Source of the DNA: Phallusia mammillata
Taxonomy: Eukaryota
NCBI GenBank assembly: GCA_965637545.1
Contig: OZ281497.1
Coordinates: 24,118,001-24,182,000, forward strand
DNA length: 64,000 nt
Direction of reading: 5' to 3'
Shown: positions 35,697 through 46,439 of the stretch, one piece after another
Numbering within the stretch: position 1 is the first letter of the stretch
Layout of the letters: each line of letters opens with the position of its first letter
Translations under genes and position numbers: made by a program
Notes under the pieces: generated by a model
Databases searched by the model: none
What the model saw: only the letters and a program-made list of their open reading frames with translations
Told to the model about the DNA's origin: nothing

Positions 35697-38294
35697 TTAA
35701 CATGCACCACCGACACTGGATGCAACTTTTGGAAGAGGAAAAGCAGGTCGGTCAAAAGGATAAGTTTGTTCAGTATCAGGTCCATTGTGGTAGCGTTTTT
35801 TCTCAAACACCGGAACTTCGTACATTGGTTCTTCATTTTCGGCTGGAGCTGCAGCTCTTGCGTTGTTTATTGGCCATGGGTTTCTCCTATAACGTTCCCT
35901 GTTGGTACATATGTTTGTATTACACATATGCTATAAAATGGAAAAAGGTGGTTAAACATAATATCGGTTTTGGTTATTCAATATAATCTACAAATCAGTG
36001 ATTTTTAACCTTTGGCAACCCTTTTCAAATCAGCCACAGGTATTCATATCATATTTACAGCATGTTTAAGTATGCTCATCCATTAACGCTAATCATTTTA
36101 GCATCCCAGCACCCCTTACATTGGTTCCTCGGCAAATTGTGGGATGGCGTGAACTTGAGGTGTTAAGTTGAAGACTGGTACCGGGTCTGTGCTATTGGGT
36201 GCTTTATTCGCCCTGCAAATGCAAAACATGTGTGAAAAGAATTTTTTTAAACACAATAGAATTCACCCCAATTGTTTGTATAAGTTAAAAATTGTTTAAA
36301 AAAAAAAAAAAAAAATGTTTTGGTTGCAATGCAATTTCACAAACCCTAAATGAGAGTTTCTAACTTTTGTCTATACGCCTTTAAACCAACGATGACAACA
36401 TCGACTGCAAAGGCGCGCAAAATTTCCATCATTGGTTACTGAGATAGGGACATAGAAAGTTACAAAATTTGACAAAAATACTCAGTTTCGGCTAAAAATC
36501 ACTTTTTGTAGCGGGCGATAGAGAAGTCCGATTGTGCTCTAAATGTGCAGATGCGTTAAAGTCGATTATATCAGTTATTCTAATCTTTCTGTGGTTTCGG
36601 TCAGATTTCGGTGCTTATTCCTTAAACGTACAAATTTTTGGAGCACCAGATACCAGCAGGAATGGAACATTTCCGGTTTGAGCAAAATTGTTCAGAATAT
36701 CTGGCCTAGTTTAACTGCAGCGAAATCAGCCAACTATTTTCGTTGTTGGTTACACTCCCTTTTAGCAAAGTTTGCTTTTTACCTTCTTCTCTTTCGGCAA
36801 AGCACAACAATTACGATCACAAGAACAATTAGAACGAATCCTCCCACGGAACATGAGATTGCAATTATCAACGTCTGGTCATCTAGTAAAGTTGAAACGT
36901 TCGTTAGTGTTAATTGATAAATTTAAGAAAAAAGGCACGATATGTACAGAGCAGTACAATGTCATTTCAATACCAAGAACAAGCCGCAGAAACATAACAC
37001 GTAAATTGAAAACCTTTCTGTATTTTTAATACTTTTTTACTGCATACTAGTTGGAGTGGCTCTTGCATTGGTCTCTGGAACATAAGATAAATATACGTTA
37101 TTTTGGAAGAACCACGTTTTACAATACTTTTTCTGGTTTTCCAATTATTTTGCTAAATTAGTCTCAAAAAACGTTTGTGCTACGTTTCATTGGATCGGCC
37201 TGGGTGTTAAAAGTCTTTTTACAACTTTTTTTAGTTAGTTTACCACTTTTTTTCAAATCCAAACCATTGACATTGCTCGGAATATAGCAAACGATTTTTT
37301 GTTTTTTAAACAAAATTGTATGAAATGTTTTTCTAATATGAATCCGTAATTACCTTTAGAGCCCGTGGTTGTCCCTGAAGTAGTAAATGTATTTGAACGA
37401 ATGCCTCAAAAATATAAAGGAAAACACTATATTTCTATTTGAGACAACACGAGACAGTTAACACACTGAAAGCGATTTCATTGCAAGACATATGCGTTTT
37501 TATTTTAACACAAAAAACAAAACGATCTTCAAATACGGTAACGTTATGCAAATCTGTTTTACCTTTAAGGGTTCTTTGGCAGATATATCTAGCACTTGAT
37601 GAACAAGACGATGCGCTTATCTCCGAATAACTAGTGGGAGATGATTTCGAAATTTTGCTGCAATAGTTATTCCCAGTTCGGACATAAAACTTTTTTTCTG
37701 GAAGCACAAGTTTGTGGGTTTGAACAATACGATATGCACCAAAGTTGTAACAGGGAATCACAAAACACGAATTGCTCCCAAAAGCTTATTTTTTACCAGT
37801 TTAAACTGTTGTATACCAAATAAGGTTGAACTGCAAAATACATTAAGACCCAAATAGTAGAAGATTTCGAAATATCCCAAATCTCAATGCTATTTCACAA
37901 GTCCATTGTTACATTATTGTTTACGTTTTTATCAGGTCCAACACGGTTAGGTATATTTTGCTCGAAAAAAATCTCATAGCTGCACAATTGCATTAACAAT
38001 TTTAACCAAACCGGAATCAGTAAACTATGGTAACTTACCGTAAGTAAATATTAATGTCCAAATATTTGATGATGTTTCCGGAAGAAACGTTTGAAGAAAG
38101 TGAAGAAGACGAGTTGATTGTACACTTGCTATCGTTGCATTTAGCATTGAGCATTCTCTCGTAGCTTGATCATACGAACTGACTTTGTTGGATCCAATAT
38201 AATACTCGTTTCCATCAAAAGAATGCCAAGTTCGGGCGGAACAGGAATGCCAAATTCCAACCACAAAAAGCATTAAGTGTATATTGCATGCCAT
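35697..38294 (-). CDS. C-type-lectin-like type I membrane protein, copy D (~287 aa if the cryptic last acceptor is used)
   Basis: Exons 38039-38294, 37563-37697, 37354-37404, 37048-37074, 36783-36882 (TM), 36120-36212 and 35697-35898 (EEPMYEVP). The normal last-exon acceptor is deleted; an in-frame AACAG is available. Confidence 0.75.
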
Positions 38295-39084
38295 ATGTAC
38301 AGTGTCGGATATTAAAAACGTAAAAATGCTTTTTTTACCAATAACAGCAATTACCTACCAAGTCTACAACTTTTTTTAAGTGGCTGGGACAACAAGGTTT
38401 CAAGGAATAGTGTTTAACTATTTGGTGCTGACCCTAGCCGTTGCAGCATCATAAAAGTTTTTATCTCAGAGTTGTTAAGCGGACCTGAAGTTGAGTCCTG
38501 AATCCGAAAAAATATACAAAGTCTGAACCAGGCCCGAAATTTGGTGAAATTGCAGCTAAAATGATGTCAAATGTGAATTGTGAAGTCAGGTCGGATCAGG
38601 ATCGTTTTATTAAAACTTGAACTCAATCCAAAAGCAAAACCAAAACTCTGTTCTATCTAATTTTGACAAGTTAGCTATTTTAAATGAGCTTGAACCCCAC
38701 CCTCTTTCCTTAACACGGAAGGTTAGCTTTTAGGATCCCAACCCCTCCCCAGTCTTGATGTCCCAATGCCCCAACCTCACCCTCTGATGTCCCTGCCAAA
38801 TAACACATATAGTAACGCTGTAGCTGCAGCGCGTTTTTCATCTTTCCACCAATTGTGCTCTTAACTTTGTCGCGCTTTATGACGTTCCAACGTTGCGCAG
38901 CCTATTCAGGTTTGGTGTTTATTTTAGCGCAATTGTGCTGCTACGATTTGTATCACCGGAGAAATAAACTCAACTCAACTCAAATGTGCTGTTTCATCAT
39001 GCAAACAAAATTTATGCCATCTGAAGCTACTGGCGTTTGCTGTTAAGCGAAATATTTTTCTTTCAAGTTTACCGGACATTGTTC

Positions 39085-39211
39085 TTTTTTTCATTTTCAT
39101 TTTTTTTTCACGGGGTTCGAACCCAGGACGCTCCCAGGGACGAATCCCGATCAGGTTTTTTATGTCTGTATATGGGTCAGGCGCGCCGGACCATTCGGCC
39201 AAGGTCCTACC
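39085..39211 (-). mobile_element. short tRNA-derived SINE
   Basis: Reverse-complement copy of 162-272 with A and B boxes and an A-rich tail. Confidence 0.7.
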
Positions 39212-42200
39212 CAACCGGACATTGTTCTAGTCTAAGGTTTTTCAAACTTCACACCATGCGCCATCAACCTGTTTAAATACTTAAGCTTCGCGTTCGCTAG
39301 GTAACTGAATTAAATGTAAGTAACGGTGATTCAGGTTCATGAGCCCTTCAAGCACAATTGAAACTGCTTCTATGTTGCAAAGATAAGAAAAAATCCAAAA
39401 TCAGTGCAAAACTCGCTCGGTCTCTGCTTTACACACAATAAACGCTTACTTGCTTATTTTCGACGCCAACAATAAACGGAAATAACGTGTACATGGCGCA
39501 AATCAATTCAAAGTGAACTTTCTTGTTCCTGCTTTACCGAAAGCAATACAACAATAGGTTTAATCTTTTGCTGTTGTCTGCTTATATCAATCTGATACAA
39601 TAGATTAAAAATAAATGCATTTTGCATGACTGGTCAATTGTCTATTCAAGAGCTTATGAAACCTGACAGGTTAATTTTTTACTGTGTAGGATTCGCTTTT
39701 GAAGAGAATTTTATCTATAGTTTGTGAAGCATGGTGTTTCAGCCTGTAAGACCCAACAAACTGAATGTCTGTAGCTTGGCTATTAGCCTGTTTATGCCCA
39801 TTTTTGCAAGCTACACTGATATGACTGTACAGGCCGAAACACTGTACAAGTTTTCTGGTTTGCTGTGTGATCTATTTAACAATATTGCATCATGCCCGGT
39901 TACATTAGCCTAAAGAGCAAATGTCTAGTTGTCACCGGCTGCCCTGATAAGACAATATAGGTCGAAACAGTCTGTTTACCAATCAACTTATTATTATCCT
40001 GGACTGTTGCTTTTATTCTACATTAACTGTTTTTAAATATTAAACATGTAACACGATGGCTACAGTTCAACTTTCTACATACATGTATTGTGTCCGGTTT
40101 TAAAGCAAATAAACAACAAAATTTAAGCAGTATTCTAAAAACCAATTTAGTAATCATTGCAAGTGTTTGTAAGAATTAATACATTCTCAAGTTTTTTGAA
40201 ACAGGTAAAGGGTTTTAAAAATACTAAATCAAAACACTTATTTATCTGCTACAATTTCTTTTAATTAAGTTTTTATTTATGCAATTAATTAGTATTGGAA
40301 CAGAGCAATGGAGATTATGGCTATCAGTGTCGTAAGCACAATATTGTCGATAAGTTTTCCAGCTCCACAGCGCAAGTTCATTTCCTTGGCGTAATGTGCT
40401 GCCACCTAACGACAAAACAATGAAGGTTTACGTGGTATCAATGAGAATCAAAGCTTTTTCTTTTTTAAAAACTGATCGGTACCTGTAACCAGCAGCAATA
40501 CCTTTTAAATGATTTAATAATGCGTTAAACAATTTTATAATGCGTATAAACCAGAGAACTTCTGTATAAAGAATACATTGTGCAGACGTTTCAACGTCTC
40601 TGTTGTCACCATCAAAGTAGGTCGATCGACTCGAGCACGGTATAGAACACGGTATATAAAGTACTTATGAAAAAAGGGGAATGCAATGTATGTGAAGTGA
40701 TACCGAAGACAATAGCACGGAACTGGCGATTTGTTCAAGACCAACTGTCTATTGTATTAGTTGTCTTGGTCTTTCCTGATTCTTTAATGTATAGGCCTGC
40801 CAATTAAACTTTCGGGCCTTAACGGAGCTTTTGAATACAAAGCGATTCGAGGAACAACAGTCTTATGTGGTCTTACAGAGACTCGTACGTAAAATGTGTA
40901 TGTTGGTAATTACTTTGTATTTAAAAGTTGTACTCTAAGAAACAGTGTCACAACCAGGTACGATATGCATCAAATGTATGTTAAAGGTCAGCAAACGCTT
41001 GTGTACGGTAATGCGACAAGGTGAAGCAACGTTGATTGTTTTTTATCCTCGCTTGAAATAACATTTTACTTGATTTTTTTTACTTAGGTAGTTATACACG
41101 CGACCGAGATAGAATTAGAACCGTAACCTTGTGAACAAAAGGTGGTTGCGCTAACCACTCGGTATACATATATGTCTTGTGTGACATGGTAAGGCAATTT
41201 AATTACCATGGTTACTTACCGCATCATTAGGGTTGACATCACCTTCGAACCAGAAAACCATCGCAGGTTCTCCAACTGGTACAACCTCATCTGGATAAAG
41301 TTGCTCACACGTTTCTGTGACCGAGGCGAAAACCTCACTAAACTTGCGACATGTTTTGTCTGCTGGACAAACGTTCGTCCCAATGATTAGTAAAACAGAC
41401 ATAAGTTAGTTTTTCTGCTATTAACATGTATGGATGGATTGGCATAACGGTTAGTGTAGTGGGCTTGCAGCCACGAGGTTCGAATCCCGTCGTAAGCGAT
41501 TCGTCAAACCTAAGAAATGTTGTTCATCTTTCAAGCAATAAACGTTGGGTCAAAACTGTGGCCAAAACAGACAGAAACCTAGAAATAAAACTGAGCCACA
41601 CCAAAGTCTGAACCAAAAGATTGCGGACACGGGTTAAGATGCAGCAACGCAACTGGTCGGCAGACAATTGTTTATTCATCACCAGTCTAACTTAAAATGT
41701 GCAGTTAATCAGAAGTAATAAACACAAAACAACGAGATGGTCAGGAAATCCACAACATTTGATATTTTTTCTAAACAAGAGAAGCAGGCAGCTTTACAGC
41801 CTGTGTAGCTCGATAGAGCGCGAGTCTTGGAAAGCCTACTGTCGTGGGTTCGAATCTCACCGCAGGCTAGATTTTTCTACTCTACGCCTTGCCGCATGGG
41901 AATGCTTGGCAAATCGGCTTGTGTAGGAACAACGTCTTCAATAGGCCTGATGTACTATGAATGATAAGCTGTACAAATTGACATATTTTTTAGTCTATAG
42001 TATGTTGTATAGTATACCTGTTGACCAGTCCCATCCCACAGCCCAGTTTTGTAGACATGTGTAGTCGTCCTCACAATCGTTAAACCAAGCTTCACAGGCA
42101 TCAAGTGACAATGGAACGTTACGATACCGTTCAGTTCTGTATGAATTCGGTTTCTAGATAAAATCCACTCAGTGTTAGAATAATTTATTGTTTCTCAGCT

Positions 42201-43128
42201 TTGTTAGGTTTCAAACTGTTTTTGGCTTTTATTAATAATTTGTGGATTCGATATAAATATGAGCTAAAATCAATTTTTTTTTAATTGGGTTGTTATTATT
42301 TGCCTTTTTGACCAAATATCAAGTTTCGGCCAAATCTTTTTGGCGAGTGTGGTGCATCACTGCCAAACGCTTTTCACAAGTTTATTCCTTTTCACTCATT
42401 TAATAGGATTTACAACACAAGTACACTCAATAACTTACAGTAACCACTCACGGACCAACATTTGGCGAACACTCGTAGAAGCAGTCGTACTCTAGCAATC
42501 GTTCACGGCATTTTGCAGAGATTTAGTGATTAGGGCAGTGATTGTATCTGAAGCCATACAGAATATCTGGTCCATCTTGGTGTGAACCGTAAGCGGTGTA
42601 ATTTGTGCAACACGAACGAGCCTTCCACGGGGAGCACTGCAATCACAAAAGACGTAAATTACACAAAATTTTTACATTAGGCCTTACAACACGGTGTAGC
42701 TGCAGCGCGTTATAACATTATCCACCTATTGTGTTATTCACTGTTTTGCGCTCCATAGGGCAGCTATTTCCGGCTTGGTAATTTGTTTTAGTGCAATTGT
42801 GTCGCTATGTTTTCTATTGTCAAGCTAAGTAAACTAAATTTAACCTAACAAACTGTAATGTCGTCAGGTGGCTATCCATACGGCCTGTTACAGCTTATTT
42901 GCCAGTAATTGCCAATTTCTATTGATTCCCACGTTTCCTCACTAGTCACTACAGCTTGTGTTGTAATCTATTGCGTTATGTGACGTAATAATCGACTGCC
43001 AGTTTTGTGTGATAACGCGACGTGGTTTAGTTCTTTTCGTTGCTGACTTCCGTGGAGCATGGTGCTGCGTCAGTTGTATTAGAAAAGTCGTTTATTGTCG
43101 TGTTGACGATTATTGGTGAGTCACTTTG

Positions 43129-43159
<31 letters not shown>

Positions 43160-43165
43160 TTAATG

Positions 43166-43686
43166 CAGGGAGTCGAACCGCTTGTCATATGGGTTCAGGT
43201 TCGGTTCGGGTTCAGTTCGTTTTGTTTTTAAGGGTTCGGGTTCGGTTCAGGTTTTTAAAAATATACATTTTCGGGTTCGGGGTTTGTTCCGGTTTGGGCA
43301 AAGTATCCCGTCCAAACCGGTTTGCGGTTTTTGAACCGGTTCAAATTTTCATTTGTTTCGATTTAATTCTACCCATCATCTACTTGGCCTTATCAAACTC
43401 CAAACAATTTTGACCGTGCACTGTTATTTTTGACACGCCATATAAGTGTTATCTCGCGTATTTTTCAGTGCGCTGTTTTGAAGAAAAAATCACAAATATA
43501 AAACTGACTGCATTTTTTTCTGGTTCAGTTCCGGTTCGGGTCCAACGCCAAACAAAAAATAGGGTTCAGCTCCGGTTCGGGTTTTTAGAAAATCATAATT
43601 AGCGGTTCGGGTTCGGTTCGGGTTTAATGAAATTAACCGCTCAAACCGGTTCGCGGGTTCGGGTTCAGTTCCGGTTCGACTCCCTG
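43166..43686. mobile_element. hAT-type MITE rich in GGTTCG repeats (degenerate relative at ~51208-51520)
   Basis: TIRs CAGGGAGTCGAACCG / CGGTTCGACTCCCTG and a perfect TSD GTTTAATG. Confidence 0.92.
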
Positions 43687-44009
43687 GTTTAATGACTCCA
43701 AAATGTGAATTACTATAATGAATGCGAACTTAACTGCAATAACTTAAAATGTCATTTTGCCTTGTAATGGTTGTACTGTACGTGTAGTTGGATTCATTTA
43801 AGTTGCTAAAGTTGTAATTGTTTACGCAGCGTTCTTGTACGATACTCACGTGAAGCGTGATTTTTCTACCCTGTTGCTCTACATATAGCTTGATAAGCAT
43901 TGTGTATGACGTCATAATGGCATATTGTGGTCTCATGCTTTATTGTGTATTTAGGTGTGTGACAGTGATATCTGGGATTGCCCATGTTATATGTTTTCTT
44001 CCGGTTCCC

Positions 44010-44150
44010 ATAATAGTTGGTAAGCTTTGAGTTTCATTCCTACATTTAAAGCGCTGTGCTAATGCCATGCTTTATGTAGAAACCGTTTCCTATCGTTTCT
44101 ATCGCCTCCCACCGTCCTCTTCATTCTTAATTGAAAGTGTTTGAATATAA
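44010..44150 (-). mobile_element. possible remnant of the C-terminal end of a Penelope-like GIY-YIG endonuclease
   Basis: The minus strand reads ..RNDRKRFLHKAWH*HSALNVGMKLKAYQLL, resembling the KR..EAWHI..LN..G..L..Y end of PLE proteins. It lies next to a hammerhead motif. Confidence 0.35.
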
Positions 44151-44291
44151 GATCTACAAAACACCCTATCTGTGTGGACTGCTTGTTGGAGACCTTTTAG
44201 GATTTGTGTTTCAATTCCCGCACGTGTGACGTTCCGCGCTGTAACCGGTGCGCGTTCACGGGACGCTACACGGCCTATTAACTATTGTCAA

Positions 44292-44339
44292 TTCTACTGA
44301 TGAGACCTTATTTGTCGAAACAATGTGAACTGTCTGTAG
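44292..44339 (+). ncRNA. minimal type I hammerhead ribozyme motif with intact core
   Basis: CTGATGA GAC cttattt GTC GAA ACA atgtgaac TGT C; stem I is weak. Confidence 0.55.
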
Positions 44340-45613
44340 CTTACTTATTATGGGCATTGGTTTTTAGAACAACACTATCGTTCGAAAGTTCGAAAGTTGT
44401 GGAACGCAACCGCGCTATTCCCGAGCACGCGGCTCGAGGCATTCTTGTGTTATTTTAATTGCTATGCGTTGTGTGTGTGTACGCGCTTGATTTGTGCCTA
44501 CTGCAGGAATGTAATTGGTGCGTTTGCAATTACTTCGTGAGCCTATAAAAGGCTGTCCACTTACTACGTTACTATTCTATTTTACTGATTTCGAATGAAT
44601 ACAACCTAAGTTACAACAAGCAAACTGTGCTTATTTGGACTCTGTAAAGAAGCAAGGCGCAAACGTGATTGAAAACACAACAGAGTTTTTGGCGACGAGG
44701 ATGGGATCGGTCAACTGAACGACTTGTTTCAATCTCAACGTTTGTGTCAATATGGAGAAGTTATTGGAGACGATGCAGAAGCAGATGCAACATCAACAAC
44801 GACGTCATGAAGAGCAACAACGACAGTATGAAGAGCAAATGAATCTTATCCTGTCTGTGTTGGAAAAGTCTGCTGGTCCCGCCGTTGCCAATTCTAATGT
44901 TGCTGCACCTAGCTTTAACCCCTTTGATTCTACGACAGAATTGTGGGACGACTACTGGTCTCGCTTCTCAACATTTGTGAAGGCTCATGTAATATCCGAA
45001 AAGAGGGTTGCCCAAGTGTTTTTGACGAACCAAACCACTACAACTTACAAGCTGCTGTCCAATTTAGCAGGACAAAGTTCGCCAGCGAAAGACGTCAACG
45101 ATCTAACGATGACGGAGATTGAAGGCTTCATGAAAGATCAATTTGATCCCAAGCGTTTTATTATTCGCGAAAGGTTCCGGTTTTGGAGCAACATGCAGAG
45201 AAAGCCAGGTGAAACGGTGCAGGAATTGGCCGCCCGGATTCGTCACGATGCTGCTACATGCGATTTCACCTCTATCAAAGATCCGTTGGATGAAGCTTTA
45301 CGAACCAGGTTCCATCTGTTCAATATCCAATGAAGCGGTGTTGAAGGCCCTGTTTAAACTCAAGTCAGATGAACTTACTTTCTCTCGTGCGATTGAGCAG
45401 ACGGAGGATGCGGCGCAAGTTGCCAAGGAAACCGTCTATGGGACAAGCGGTTCTGTGCGTAAGGTGCGCGGATCCAAGAAGCAGTCTACAAAATCCACAC
45501 CGAATGAGAAGCCCAAAGCAGCTGCCCGATGTTATCGCTGTGGGAAAACTGGTCATTTTGCGCCGGTTTGCCGTCACAAGAATGCGACGTGCCGATATTG
45601 CAATCGCATAGGT

Positions 45614-46439
45614 CAGGGGTCACCAAACTACGGCCCGCGGGCCGGATCCGGCCCTCGAGGTCATTTCATCCGGCCCGCGACCACATTTTTTGGTTTGCCA
45701 AATCGTATTGAGAACTTTGTAACATTCAAAAATTAATCTACTCCTTACGAAAGTTTTCCTGTCGCAATATTTAGCATTGATATTACCTAGTTCAGTGTTT
45801 CTTAACCTTTTTTGCGCTCGTACCCTTTGAGCTTTCATAAAATTTTCTCGTACCCCCTGTCTACAATGGCCAACGGAAGTAATAAAATTGTAATAATAGG
45901 AATTAAACCTAGTGTATTTATAACTTGGGTGTTGAATGCATGCATGAAATCAGTATTCTAAGTAGGACAAAACTAGCCCGTTCTAAACATATAACAAAGT
46001 ACCTTGTTGCGCATTCTTCACAAATATGCCTAAATAGCATATAATTTCACCCTGCATGTCGTACCCCCTGCTTTGATGCTTTGTACCCCCAAGGGGTACA
46101 CGTACCCCTGGTTAAGAACCACTGACCTAGTTTCATAGGATTACAACGCTCAAGATTGATTCAAAGCCGGTTTGTTACGTCACAAATTGAACTACAAGTG
46201 TTAATTGTGTGCAAACAATTGCCTTATTTTGTTACTTGTGACGTAATATAGAAGCATTGCTCGTATGATGAGACCAGCTGTACAGTTTAACAGTCGCATT
46301 ACCAGATTTTGAATGGGATTGTGGAAAGACCATCTCTTGGCGCCCCTATAAAAATCGCTGGGGCATGTAAACTATGCGGCCCGCGCGAATCAATTTTAAA
46401 CTTATCCGGCCCGCAAAATAAAAAGTTTGATGACCCCTG
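45614..46439. mobile_element. hAT MITE inserted in the Gypsy gag zinc knuckle
   Basis: TIRs CAGGGGTCACCAAACT / AGTTTGATGACCCCTG and a perfect TSD GCATAGGT. Removing it restores CRYCNRIG-HTEDAC. Confidence 0.93.
45793..46124. mobile_element. hAT MITE nested in the previous MITE
   Basis: TIRs CAGTGTTTCTTAACC / GGTTAAGAACCACTG and a perfect TSD ACCTAGTT. Confidence 0.92.

Noticed and set aside
41444-41500. tRNA gene
   Set aside because: It has only A-box-like and B-box-like motifs without a complete cloverleaf, and is probably a decayed SINE head.
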